From a virus: DNA of 64,000 nucleotides. The notes under the pieces are model-generated. The model worked only from the letters and a program-made list of their open reading frames with translations. It did no database searches and was not told the origin of the DNA. Where the stretch lies: the IMG/VR virus record IMGVR_UViG_3300029904_000353, positions 1,107-65,106 of that record. One strand, written 5' to 3'. The position numbers were made by a program, and so were the translations under genes. Positions 9,269 through 18,083 of this stretch are shown here, one piece after another; position 1 is the first letter of the stretch; every line of letters starts with the position of its first letter.

Positions 9269-9652
9269 ATGAAAGAAATCAGCATGAGAATCCCCGACGG
9301 CACAAGGAAAGTGACCGTCGAGACAGGTGACGACGGGAAAGCCGCCATCTGGTACGAGAAACCCGAAGTGAAAGTAGAAGAAAATCAACTCCTCTTTGAT
9401 GCCCTTGCCAAGGAAGGCAAGCGTTGGAACGCCGATAAGAAGTGCATCGAGGACTTGCCGAGGTGGAGGGCGAAGAAGGATGAAACCTATTATTTCGTTA
9501 GCATAGATGCCGAAGTAATTGATAATATAGAATATGGCTACAGTGTAGACGATGCGTGCTATTCCGTCGGCAACCACTTCAAGACCCGCGAAGCCGCCGA
9601 GTGCGTGGCCAAGCAAATCCGTGAAATCTTCAAGAACAGCAAGCCAGAGTAA
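9269..9652 (+). CDS. Hypothetical phage accessory protein
   Basis: 127-aa ORF, RWRAKKDETYYFV...GNHFKTREAAE. Confidence 0.75.
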   Translation: MKEISMRIPDGTRKVTVETGDDGKAAIWYEKPEVKVEENQLLFDALAKEGKRWNADKKCIEDLPRWRAKKDETYYFVSIDAEVIDNIEYGYSVDDACYSVGNHFKTREAAECVAKQIREIFKNSKPE

Positions 9653-9679
9653 GACCATCTTGCGTACTTCATAACATCA

Positions 9680-9826
9680 TCCCCGCAAGCCCAACCCGAG
9701 GTACGCCACTGTGGCACGGTACACGGGAACTGCGGGGAACCACCCGGGCAGTGTTGCGTAATGTGAGAACGGCTGTCACATCCCATGCGGTTGCACACGA
9801 TGCGGGTTCGAGCCCCGCCTGCCCGG
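9680..9826 (+). ncRNA. GC-clamped hairpin (9680-9738) followed by tRNA-like element (9745-9826)
   Basis: TCCCCGCA/TGCGGGGA 8-bp clamp; acceptor CGGGCAG/CTGCCCG and T-arm GCGGG-TTCGAGC-CCCGC; no canonical D or anticodon arm. Confidence 0.55.
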
Positions 9827-9845
9827 CAATCAAAAACAGGAACCA

Positions 9846-10316
9846 ATGTACTACCTCAGACGAAAGAAGAAGAAAGACAAGCCCCTCCCCCTGTTCGACA
9901 AGGCAGGGGTGAAGATAAAGAAGAAACCCGACCTGAAAGCCAGGCTCGACAAGGAGTTTTCGCTATACATCCGGCTGCGCGACGCGATGCCCGGCGGATT
10001 CTTCCGCTGCATCAGCTGCGGCCAGATAAAGCCCTTCGAGCAGGCCGATTGCGGGCATTACATAAACCGACAGCACATGTCCACCCGCTTCGATGAGATG
10101 AATTGCAACGCCCAGTGCCGTAAGTGCAACCGCTTCATGGAGGGCAACATGTCGGGCTACCGCCAAGGCCTGGTCGCCAAATATGGCGAGCAACGTGTAC
10201 TACTATTGGAATCCAAGAAGAATCAGACACGCAAGTACAGCGACTTCGAGTATGCCGAACTAATCAAGTATTACAAGGCGTTGAACGCCAAACTTAGAAA
10301 GGAGAAAAGCCTATGA
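9846..10316 (+). CDS. ninG: NinG/Rap-like Holliday-junction endonuclease
   Basis: FSLYIRLRD, CISCG, DCGHYI, NCNAQCRKCNRF motifs. Confidence 0.85.
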   Translation: MYYLRRKKKKDKPLPLFDKAGVKIKKKPDLKARLDKEFSLYIRLRDAMPGGFFRCISCGQIKPFEQADCGHYINRQHMSTRFDEMNCNAQCRKCNRFMEGNMSGYRQGLVAKYGEQRVLLLESKKNQTRKYSDFEYAELIKYYKALNAKLRKEKSL

Positions 10317-10693
10317 CCCTACAAGAAGAAGCCAAACAAATAAGCGACTACCTGCAAATCACCTGCCAGAACAACCCGCAGGAAATACAGCAGCGTATCG
10401 CCGACACTATGGTCTATGTGGCCCGCACAGGCGAAATGCTCGCCACGGCCAAGCAAATGCTTCGCCGCCGAAAGTCCGAAGAGATACAGAACACCATTAT
10501 AGCCATCGCCAAGGAAAACTGCCTCTCAGCCAAGGTGCAGAACGCCCTGCTCGACAGCATCGCCGAAGAAGAAGCCTTCCTCGTCGACACCCTCGACCGG
10601 CTCAACGCCGCCGCCACCCACCAGCTCGACGCGCTGCGCACCCTGCTCTCCTACGAACGCGAGGGGATGAGGCTGAACAAGACTGGATATTAG
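10313..10693 (+). CDS. Helical hypothetical protein
   Basis: 126 aa, ATGA-coupled to ninG. Confidence 0.75.
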   Translation: MTLQEEAKQISDYLQITCQNNPQEIQQRIADTMVYVARTGEMLATAKQMLRRRKSEEIQNTIIAIAKENCLSAKVQNALLDSIAEEEAFLVDTLDRLNAAATHQLDALRTLLSYEREGMRLNKTGY

Positions 10694-10717
10694 GATCAAC
10701 ACATAACCACCAAACCT

Positions 10718-11449
10718 ATGGCCAAAAATCAAAAGAAATCATTCGTTTTTAATGTCGCCTGGCATGAGGTGCTAACGGATTTCGAGCCGGAGGTCAGACT
10801 TGAAGTGTACGACGCAATCATCGAATACGTAGCGTCGGGGACACTGCCCGAGCTGAAACCGCTCTCGAAAATGGCATTCTCCTTCATTAAAAAAGAGATT
10901 GATTACAACAACGAGAAGTACGAGGAAACGGTCATCAAACGCAGCGAGGCCGGGAAGAAAGGGATGCAGTCCAGGTACGGGAACCAACCGGGCGTAACAA
11001 AGCTAACAAACGTAACAAGCGATAACAAAGCTAACACGTGTTACGACAGCCTAACAAACGTAACTGATAATGATAATGTAGATGATAATGATCATGTAGA
11101 TGTGGAGGATAAATCCTCCTCCCCCCAAAGCCCCCCAAGGGGCGGGGAAGGAGGAACGGATTTCCTGTCTTCTCCCCTGTCGCAGCGCGACGGAATCCCC
11201 CGCAACTTCGACGGGCTGTGCCGCGAGATGAACACCCTCGGCATCCCCCAGCGCCAGCAGGACGAAATCATGCGCCTCTCCAACTTCGGGCAGATAGGCC
11301 ACCCCGTCTTCGCCCTCATCCGCGAATGCCTCGACAGCCGGGGCCGCAAGTTGGAGAAAGACCGCATCCGACAGCCCGGAGCCTACATCCTCTCCCGCCT
11401 GAGGCAAGACAGCGGCAAACCGACGGAGGCGGCGGGTCATGGAGGCTAA
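10718..11449 (+). CDS. Probable replication initiator (lambda O-like organisation)
   Basis: N-terminal KKSFVF...YDAIIEY domain, R.EAGKKG motif, T/N/D-rich linker encoded by DNA repeats. Confidence 0.7.
   Translation: MAKNQKKSFVFNVAWHEVLTDFEPEVRLEVYDAIIEYVASGTLPELKPLSKMAFSFIKKEIDYNNEKYEETVIKRSEAGKKGMQSRYGNQPGVTKLTNVTSDNKANTCYDSLTNVTDNDNVDDNDHVDVEDKSSSPQSPPRGGEGGTDFLSSPLSQRDGIPRNFDGLCREMNTLGIPQRQQDEIMRLSNFGQIGHPVFALIRECLDSRGRKLEKDRIRQPGAYILSRLRQDSGKPTEAAGHGG
10993..11105 (+). repeat. Iteron-like repeats inside initiator gene, candidate origin
   Basis: TAACAAAGCTAACA twice, CTAACAAACGTAAC twice, followed by GATAAT repeats. Confidence 0.5.
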
Positions 11450-11660
11450 ACGCTACATCGTCCAGCTCGATGACGACGCGCTGACCGCCTTCCTGTTCCA
11501 CTGGGTGAACCACGGCAAGCCTTGTCCCCTGCTTTTCCAGAAGCCACGGACAGACGGACAGACCGCCGTCCGACTGCAATACACCGATGGTGACACGGAG
11601 AGCATCCTGTTCCTGCGCGATGCCATCCAAGCCACCAGATGCAGGCTGTATGAACGATAA
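11439..11660 (+). CDS. Small hypothetical protein
   Basis: 73 aa, overlaps both neighbours in operon fashion. Confidence 0.65.
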   Translation: MEAKRYIVQLDDDALTAFLFHWVNHGKPCPLLFQKPRTDGQTAVRLQYTDGDTESILFLRDAIQATRCRLYER

Positions 11661-12660
11661 CCAAGACAAAGACCGTATGACCCACGCATCACTCTTCAGC
11701 GGCATAGGCGGAGCCGAGATAGCCGCTACGTGGATGGGATGGAGAAATCTATTCCATTGCGAGATAAACCCTTTCGGACGCAAAGTCCTCGAATACTGGT
11801 ATCCAAATTCAACGAGTTATGAAGACATCACAAAAACAGATTTTTCAGAATGGCGGGGACGCGTCGACGTGCTCACCGCAGGCTTCCCATGCCAGCCCTT
11901 CAGCGTGGCCGGACAGCGAAAGGGAGCGGACGATGACCGCTACCTCTGGCCGCAGGTTGTCCGCGCTGTGCGTGAAATCCGACCCGCTTGGGTCGTTGGC
12001 GAGAACGTTGCTGGAATCCTCACGATGGTTCAGCCCGGCGAGGAGGTTGAAGTGGGAAGCGGCTCCGCTCTTTTCGACGAGAATCACCTATACCGAACGG
12101 AGCAGCAGTACGTCCTCGAAACCGTCTGCCAAGACCTCGAGCGTGAAGGATATTCCGTCCAGCCGTTTGTTATTCCGGCTTGTGCCGTCGGAGCGCCCCA
12201 AAGGAGAGACCGCGTGTGGATTATTGCCCACCGTGCAGACGCAGGGGCTGAAACGATGCAATGCGGAAGGGAAAACGGAGTTCATGCCGCTGGATTTGCT
12301 GCCTACACCCAATGCTGCGGAAGGAGAGAAATACACAACGAGGTACAACTCGGACAGCCAAATGGGCAAAGGGCTTACGGCAATGGCTGTGAACGGCTTG
12401 CTGCCTACACCACAAACGAGAGATTACAAAGGAGAATGTCACATGACACAATCTTGCCTGCCGAATACTTTTCAGGCTTCCCAACTCAACCCCCTGTTTG
12501 TAACGGAAATGATGGGCTTTCCCTTGGACTGGTTGGTATCACCTTTCCAAAGTGGCGGGCAGAATCCATCAAAGCCTTAGGCAACGCATGGGTGCCGCAA
12601 GTGGCATACGAGATATTCAGAGCCATACAACAGATCGAAGATGAAGAAACAACCAGTTAG
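11650..12660 (+). CDS. DNA (cytosine-5) methyltransferase, alpha polypeptide
   Basis: Motif I SLFSGIGG, IV GFPCQPFS, VI ENVAGI, VIII PQRRDRVW, X KALGNAWVPQVA; motif IX not found in this frame. Confidence 0.92.
   Translation: MNDNQDKDRMTHASLFSGIGGAEIAATWMGWRNLFHCEINPFGRKVLEYWYPNSTSYEDITKTDFSEWRGRVDVLTAGFPCQPFSVAGQRKGADDDRYLWPQVVRAVREIRPAWVVGENVAGILTMVQPGEEVEVGSGSALFDENHLYRTEQQYVLETVCQDLEREGYSVQPFVIPACAVGAPQRRDRVWIIAHRADAGAETMQCGRENGVHAAGFAAYTQCCGRREIHNEVQLGQPNGQRAYGNGCERLAAYTTNERLQRRMSHDTILPAEYFSGFPTQPPVCNGNDGLSLGLVGITFPKWRAESIKALGNAWVPQVAYEIFRAIQQIEDEETTS
11819..12580 (+). CDS. Overprinted alternative-frame ORF, probable MTase beta polypeptide
   Basis: 253-aa same-strand frame nested in MTase; three LLPT[PV] repeats and motif-IX-like QLNPLFVTEMMGFPLDW. 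Confidence 0.7.
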   Translation: MKTSQKQIFQNGGDASTCSPQASHASPSAWPDSERERTMTATSGRRLSALCVKSDPLGSLARTLLESSRWFSPARRLKWEAAPLFSTRITYTERSSSTSSKPSAKTSSVKDIPSSRLLFRLVPSERPKGETACGLLPTVQTQGLKRCNAEGKTEFMPLDLLPTPNAAEGEKYTTRYNSDSQMGKGLTAMAVNGLLPTPQTRDYKGECHMTQSCLPNTFQASQLNPLFVTEMMGFPLDWLVSPFQSGGQNPSKP

Positions 12661-12817
12661 ACCCGCCCGTGACACCACCCTCCCCGTCCGCTGCCGCGAC
12701 TGTCGCAACGCATCGGAGTTCATCGAGAACTCCTGCTACTGCAAGGCAACGGGGAGGAGGGTCTGTTCTTGCATGAGGTACGGGAGGGTGTGCAAGTACT
12801 TTGAATCAAGAAAATAG
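12641..12817 (+). CDS. 58-aa Cys-rich small protein
   Basis: Hand translation with CRDC, CYC, CSC and C residues; possible metal binder. Confidence 0.5.
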   Translation: MKKQPVRPARDTTLPVRCRDCRNASEFIENSCYCKATGRRVCSCMRYGRVCKYFESRK

Positions 12818-12827
12818 CAAATCAATA

Positions 12828-13733
12828 ATGACAGCATCCGAAATAAACCTCACGCTAAGCGAAGTCCTCTCCCGCGTCCGTCCCGGGTTGCAGAATAAGA
12901 TTCTCTACTCCATCGACCTCATACGAAAGGCCGAGAAGATGGCATTGCGCCTTGACCCCGTGAACGGCTTCTACAACACATTTTCCGGAGGCAAGGACAG
13001 CCAGTGTCTATACCACCTCGTCAAGCTGGCAGGCGTGAAAGCCAAGACACACATGAACCTCACCAGCGTAGACCCGCCCGAAGTCATCCGCTTTGTCAAG
13101 TCGCAATACCCGGACGTGGAGCTGATAAAACCAAAGATGAGCATCTACGACATGGCGAAAAAGAAACACATCCTACCGACACGGAGGTTCCGCTGGTGCT
13201 GTGCTGAGTACAAAGAAATGTCCGGTGCGGGAAAGGTGACGCTCATCGGCGTGCGTAAACAGGAAAGCGCACGACGCGCCAAACGGGAGGAAATCAGCAC
13301 CAACATTAAAGGCAAGCGTGCAGAAGAGACTTTTGACCAATGGAGTGAACATGAAGAACAGATGGTTACTTGCGTAGGAGGAAAGGACAAGATACTTGTG
13401 TCGCCAATCATCTATTGGACGGAACGGGACGTGTGGGAGTTCCTTAACAGGAACGGCATTCCGCATTGTAAGTTGTATGATGAAGGTAGAACACGGATTG
13501 GTTGCTTATGCTGCCCCATGTCAAATTATAAGCAGAAGTTGAAAGACATATTAGAGTATCCACATGTGAAGCGTGGCTGGATACAAGCTATCCAATGGCT
13601 CATTGATAACGGATATGTGAACCGTAACTTTCAAGATGCCGAAACCGGATTCCGCTGGTGGATAAGCGAAAAGTCCTTCGACAAATTTCATGCAGACGAA
13701 GTATTACAACGAAAAATAAAATTTGAACCATGA
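12828..13733 (+). CDS. PAPS-reductase-family (PP-loop) protein
   Basis: PP-loop FSGGKDS, WCCAEYKE, IGVRKQESARR, PIIYWTERDVW, RIGCLCCPM. Confidence 0.88.
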   Translation: MTASEINLTLSEVLSRVRPGLQNKILYSIDLIRKAEKMALRLDPVNGFYNTFSGGKDSQCLYHLVKLAGVKAKTHMNLTSVDPPEVIRFVKSQYPDVELIKPKMSIYDMAKKKHILPTRRFRWCCAEYKEMSGAGKVTLIGVRKQESARRAKREEISTNIKGKRAEETFDQWSEHEEQMVTCVGGKDKILVSPIIYWTERDVWEFLNRNGIPHCKLYDEGRTRIGCLCCPMSNYKQKLKDILEYPHVKRGWIQAIQWLIDNGYVNRNFQDAETGFRWWISEKSFDKFHADEVLQRKIKFEP

Positions 13734-14362
13734 CCCGAGACTTAGCCAACAGAATCGTGAGCAAGCACGAATCACTGGTAGTTCTTGCAACTTACAACAT
13801 CCTATTTACAGATGACATCGTTTGCGGGGAGATTATCGACGCATTCTACCGGCTGGAGAAATCCCCTCTTTTCCGACAACGAACCAAGCAGCTTGCGCGT
13901 CAAGCCGTCCTGGCGCAGAAATCATACGAGCGGCTGGTGAACGAAATCATCAGCGACCGCTGTACGTTCTTCGCCGATGCCAACGAAACATTCGCGGAAG
14001 AAGTGAACCGTCACGTGCAAATCCTGTACTGGAGTATTAAACGAGAAATGGATAAGCACAACGTGGAGCACTCGGATGTCCTTTCCAAACTAGAGACGGC
14101 ACGCACCCTATGCGATTTCGCCTGCCAGCAATTCGACAAACGGCTGGAGGAACTGAAACAGACAGACCGTCGTTTCTCCGGATTCCACCTTGATTACCTG
14201 AGGCTGACCAACCTCTTGCGGTTGATGAACGAACTAATGCGGACGTTTTATCTCCCCTGCCTGTTAGACTTTAATACGCCTGAGTGCCTGTCTGCCATCG
14301 ACATCCTTGCAAAAAAGCTGGTGGATGCGGAGAAAATTGCAAAGGCTATATCGGTTGATTAA
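13730..14362 (+). CDS. Helical hypothetical protein
   Basis: 210 aa, ATGA-coupled. Confidence 0.75.
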   Translation: MTRDLANRIVSKHESLVVLATYNILFTDDIVCGEIIDAFYRLEKSPLFRQRTKQLARQAVLAQKSYERLVNEIISDRCTFFADANETFAEEVNRHVQILYWSIKREMDKHNVEHSDVLSKLETARTLCDFACQQFDKRLEELKQTDRRFSGFHLDYLRLTNLLRLMNELMRTFYLPCLLDFNTPECLSAIDILAKKLVDAEKIAKAISVD

Positions 14363-14379
14363 CTTAATACTTATGTAAT

Positions 14380-14688
14380 ATGACAAGAGAACAGATTGAG
14401 AAAGAAATCGACGCACGATTGGAGGAGCCGGATAACGAATGGGACGGCATATTTAACAGCGGATATTCCAGAGGTTTTAGGGATGGTGCCCAATGGCGCA
14501 TCAACTCCGTGTGGCACGATGCTAAAACGGAGACCCCCCGCAACAACGAGCCAATCATAGGCATAACTGGAAAAATATGGTGCTATATGGGCTTGTGTGG
14601 CGAAACAGCAAAAGAGATATGCCCCGAAATGAAGAAATGGGCATACATTTCAGACCTAATTCCCGAAAGAAAGGAGGAAACGAAATGA
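14380..14688 (+). CDS. Accessory hypothetical protein
   Basis: GFRDGAQWRINSVWHD...KWAYISDLIP; start of AT-richer accessory tract. Confidence 0.75.
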   Translation: MTREQIEKEIDARLEEPDNEWDGIFNSGYSRGFRDGAQWRINSVWHDAKTETPRNNEPIIGITGKIWCYMGLCGETAKEICPEMKKWAYISDLIPERKEETK

Positions 14689-14960
14689 AAACAGCGGAGC
14701 AATTTAGAGAACAGGCAATTAAACTTGATTTGCATTATTGGGAGCATCATACCTGCGCTATTTGCGGAGAACCAACCGGGTATTATTTCTTTACATATCC
14801 GAATTATGAAGTTGTTTTTGACAGTGGTTGCGGATGCAGTTTTGGAAGCAATCCACGTCCTTCAAGCTGGGAAGATGTCGCAGAGTTTTATAACATGCAA
14901 ACAAACCCTGATGTTATCAATAAAATGGACGAATTTTGGCAATGGGAGGAAACGGAATGA
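14685..14960 (+). CDS. Accessory Zn-finger-like protein
   Basis: CAICG and CGC motifs; start reassigned to ATG 14685. Confidence 0.65.
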   Translation: MKTAEQFREQAIKLDLHYWEHHTCAICGEPTGYYFFTYPNYEVVFDSGCGCSFGSNPRPSSWEDVAEFYNMQTNPDVINKMDEFWQWEETE

Positions 14961-15151
14961 TTTACGACATGGATATGTGCGATGCAATGACACATGACAA
15001 CGGCTATTGTCCTCTGCGTGATAAATGCAAGCGGTTTATATTAGGACAGAAAGCATTGATGGAGGATTATTATCCGATATATTGGATTGAGCCTTGTTAT
15101 GAGAACGGGGAGTGCGAACTGTTTATCGAAGTAAAGGAGGAAGAGAAATGA
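14957..15151 (+). CDS. Small Cys-rich accessory protein
   Basis: MDMC...CPLRDKCKRF...CELF. Confidence 0.65.
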   Translation: MIYDMDMCDAMTHDNGYCPLRDKCKRFILGQKALMEDYYPIYWIEPCYENGECELFIEVKEEEK

Positions 15152-15390
15152 TACGCGAAGTGACGATGTACCAAGTCGTGTGCGACCGCTGCGGAAGGCC
15201 ATGTGCCGAAATAGGACGTATCAAAGCATGGGCGAACCGAGAATCCGCACAGATAGCAGCGTGGGAATCGGGTTGGCTTATAACCAACCACGAGACCTAT
15301 TGCCCCGACTGCGTGGAGTACGATGAGGAAACGGATGAGTATAAACCAAAAAAAAGAAGGAGGACTAAGAAAAGACAGTACAAGAATTGA
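15148..15390 (+). CDS. Small Zn-finger accessory protein
   Basis: CDRCG and YCPDC pairs. Confidence 0.7.
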   Translation: MIREVTMYQVVCDRCGRPCAEIGRIKAWANRESAQIAAWESGWLITNHETYCPDCVEYDEETDEYKPKKRRRTKKRQYKN

Positions 15391-15528
15391 TTAACGAACT
15401 CATGAAAGTAGAAGATAAGTCTAAAGAAGTAATTATAGGAGTGTTTTTGGAGCATTATTACTCTTATCGAGAAGTTGATCATATTGAAGAATATGAGGAC
15501 GATATAACCATTTTCACAGATGATTAAT

Positions 15529-16263
15529 ATGGAACGAAAGATAGGAGAAATATTTGAGTACAACGGTGAGTGGTATCAGTGCGTAGGAGGTACTTGCAGA
15601 AATTGTAGTTTTTACTATGATACTGTTTGCAAGAACATTACCACTATTGGAAGTACCAATTTTGGAAATTGCCATTGTTCTTTAAGAACAGACCATAAAT
15701 CTGTTATTTTCAAGAAACTTGAAAAGGTCGGAGAGCCTTTCACCTGTAACTATTATGGGGATAACAGGTTACTAACTATACAAGAATATCAGGCCTATGA
15801 TATAAATATTAGTTCCATAAATAATATACCGATGTACGTTTCTAATTATAAACATAAGAGAATAGCAATCGAACTTAAGCAAAACCAAGAAAATATGGAA
15901 GAAAAGAAATCGAACTTAAAGCCCTTCTCCCTTGAGGCGGCCAAGGCAGGCAAGCCCGTCTGTACGAGGGATGGAAGAAAGGCAAGGATTATTTGCTTTG
16001 ATGCAAAAGATACACAGCCCATTATCGGATTGTATGAAAAAAATATTGATGGAATAGTTCGTGAATATCTCTGTTCTTATCATACAGATGGAAGAATGTA
16101 TGATGACCAAGATACTGGATATGACCTTATGATGCTCCCCGAAAAGAAAGAAGGGTGGATTATTAAACCTAAAGACTACCAAGTATATCAGAATAAAGAA
16201 GATGCTGAAAGAATTTGTAATAAAGATTACCAAGTTATAGCAAAAATTTCTTGGGAGGAATGA
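15529..16263 (+). CDS. Two-domain accessory protein
   Basis: Cys-rich N-half; C-half LKPFSLEAAKAGKPVCTRDGRKARIICFD. Confidence 0.75.
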   Translation: MERKIGEIFEYNGEWYQCVGGTCRNCSFYYDTVCKNITTIGSTNFGNCHCSLRTDHKSVIFKKLEKVGEPFTCNYYGDNRLLTIQEYQAYDINISSINNIPMYVSNYKHKRIAIELKQNQENMEEKKSNLKPFSLEAAKAGKPVCTRDGRKARIICFDAKDTQPIIGLYEKNIDGIVREYLCSYHTDGRMYDDQDTGYDLMMLPEKKEGWIIKPKDYQVYQNKEDAERICNKDYQVIAKISWEE

Positions 16264-16264
16264 T

Positions 16265-16462
16265 ATGGCATGGGTAGCAGTAGATAAAAACGGTGCAGAA
16301 TGTATTTATCAATTTTGTCCGGTTCGTTCTGAAATAGAAGATAAATTTATTTCATTGTACCCTTATGGTATGTGGTTGGCACTTCCTAAAGGTTCTGTCA
16401 AGAAACTTATAGGAAGAGATTTAACTTGGGAAGACAATCCTGTAGAATTAAAGGAGGAATAA
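16265..16462 (+). CDS. Small accessory protein
   Basis: MAWVAVDKNG...LTWEDNPVEL; paralog of next gene. Confidence 0.7.
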   Translation: MAWVAVDKNGAECIYQFCPVRSEIEDKFISLYPYGMWLALPKGSVKKLIGRDLTWEDNPVELKEE

Positions 16463-16464
16463 CT

Positions 16465-16824
16465 ATGTGGATTGCGCGTGATGCTGACGAAACATTGTGG
16501 GGATACCCAATTAAACCTGAAAAAGATAAAGAATTAAATAGATGGATTGTTCCAGATAATTGTTCTATTCAAAATGCTGGTTTTCCAATTACTTCTAATC
16601 TATTCCCAGAAGTTAAATGGGAAGACAGTGAGCCGCGAGAACTTGTTTTGAAACCGATAAATGAGGAACATGGATTTGTCAACCTTTACAAGGATGGCGG
16701 TCAAGTGAAAGTAGGCTGGAAAATCTTTCCTACCAAGAAAGAAGCCGAGGAGAATTTCAAGGATGATGAGAAATATATCACAACAGCAAATATACAATGG
16801 AGGGACAGCCATGATAACCTTTGA
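16465..16824 (+). CDS. Accessory protein
   Basis: MWIARDADE...VKWEDSEPREL; start reassigned to ATG 16465. Confidence 0.7.
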   Translation: MWIARDADETLWGYPIKPEKDKELNRWIVPDNCSIQNAGFPITSNLFPEVKWEDSEPRELVLKPINEEHGFVNLYKDGGQVKVGWKIFPTKKEAEENFKDDEKYITTANIQWRDSHDNL

Positions 16825-17002
16825 AGAATTTGCTGACGCATACGCAGCGGCAGTTCCTAAGATACTTGCCAAGATGAAGTATCTTGAACGTATCGGACGT
16901 GACCCGTTCGACGAAAACAAGCCGTTGCCTAAGTGGCGGCACAAGGTGAACAACCTTAAAGAGAGAAGAAAACAAAACAGAAGTAACAAAATACCTTTTT
17001 GA
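16811..17002 (+). CDS. Small basic accessory protein
   Basis: MITFEEFADAY..., overlaps neighbours. Confidence 0.55.
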   Translation: MITFEEFADAYAAAVPKILAKMKYLERIGRDPFDENKPLPKWRHKVNNLKERRKQNRSNKIPF

Positions 17003-17004
17003 TT

Positions 17005-17646
17005 ATGAAGAAAATTATGTTCAAGGATGAATTCCTGCTCACCAAAGCGGTGCTTGAAGGCAGAAAGACGCAGACGCGCCGTTTGGCTTCCTCGTTTCTG
17101 CCCGATGCAGTGCGTATCGGATACGCTCGTTTTGAAATAGCAAATGGGCGTGAATTACGCTGCTGGACGAAAGGAAATTCCTGCATCAAGTTCAATCTTC
17201 CTTACAAGGTTGGAGAAGTGGTTGCCGTGGCGCAAAGCTATCGTGATTGTGGCGGAATAAATGAAGAAGGAGTACCTATGTGGGAGATTATATCCCAAAG
17301 AGTAGGTGGTGCAAATGCCGGATGGGACAATAAGATGTTTGCTCGGGCAGAACTCATGCCCCACCAAATCCGCATAACCGATGTGCGAGTAGAGCGTTTG
17401 CAAGACATTTCGGATATTGATTGCCTGAAAGAAGGAGTAGTAGTTAATGAACCTAAAATTAAAGGTGGTATTAACATGTATTACCCTTGCGAATATCTTC
17501 GGTCATGTGCTAAGGAAGTAGGATGGGGCATAGTGTTTCACACGCCCCGTGAAGCCTTTGCTCACTTAATCAACAAGGTGAGCAGAAAAGACGTGTGGCA
17601 ATCCAATCCGTATGTTTTCGTGTATGATTTTGAACTTGTAAAATGA
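17005..17646 (+). CDS. ASCH/PUA-like domain protein
   Basis: IMFKDE...AVLEGRKTQTRR N-terminus; ITDVRVERLQDIS; W..NPYVFVYDF. Confidence 0.65.
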   Translation: MKKIMFKDEFLLTKAVLEGRKTQTRRLASSFLPDAVRIGYARFEIANGRELRCWTKGNSCIKFNLPYKVGEVVAVAQSYRDCGGINEEGVPMWEIISQRVGGANAGWDNKMFARAELMPHQIRITDVRVERLQDISDIDCLKEGVVVNEPKIKGGINMYYPCEYLRSCAKEVGWGIVFHTPREAFAHLINKVSRKDVWQSNPYVFVYDFELVK

Positions 17647-17653
17647 TAGGATT

Positions 17654-18079
17654 ATGAAAAACAAATTAGTGGCGTTTATAACATCAACATCATTTTTGGA
17701 TGTAGAATTAGATTTATCAGGATATGAATATGAACACGGAACTCATAACGGATATGTCGCTGTTCCTCCCGGAAATAAATATCATGGTAAAAGTGTAAAG
17801 AATATGGAAGATTTTAAAGTGCATGGTGGAATTACTCTTTCAGAGCCAGCAACATATCCTGATAAAATGAACGGAATGGAAATCAAGAAAGAGTACGTTG
17901 GTAAAAGAAACAAACTTTTAGAAAAAGCCGAATTTATAACGGATAACACAGAAATAGGCGATGATTGGTGGATTTTCGGCTTTGACACCGCGCATTGGGG
18001 CGACAACAAATATAACTGGGATAGACAAGCAGTAATTGAAGAAACACTTTCAATGATGGAACAACTAAATTGTGAATAA
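17654..18079 (+). CDS. Conserved-looking phage hypothetical protein
   Basis: NGYVAVP...VHGGIT...GFDTAH motifs. Confidence 0.75.
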   Translation: MKNKLVAFITSTSFLDVELDLSGYEYEHGTHNGYVAVPPGNKYHGKSVKNMEDFKVHGGITLSEPATYPDKMNGMEIKKEYVGKRNKLLEKAEFITDNTEIGDDWWIFGFDTAHWGDNKYNWDRQAVIEETLSMMEQLNCE

Positions 18080-18083
18080 GATT

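Noticed and set aside
3622-9738. TCCCCGC...GCGGGGA resemblance to type I-E CRISPR repeats
   Set aside because: Only two isolated copies 6 kb apart with long, different interiors; better explained as GC stems
9745-9826. Functional type II tRNA (length 82 nt fits Ser/Leu/Tyr)
   Set aside because: No D-stem with conserved A14/G18G19 and no 5-bp stem with 7-nt anticodon loop could be built by hand
10691-10720. TAG followed in frame by the initiator ATG (possible read-through fusion)
   Set aside because: In-frame spacing has a one-in-three chance and the downstream gene has its own A-rich leader; no support for fusion
12828-13733. Complete Dnd phosphorothioation system or sulfate assimilation
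   Set aside because: Only the PAPS-reductase-fold gene is present; no dndA/B/D/E, ssp or cys partners
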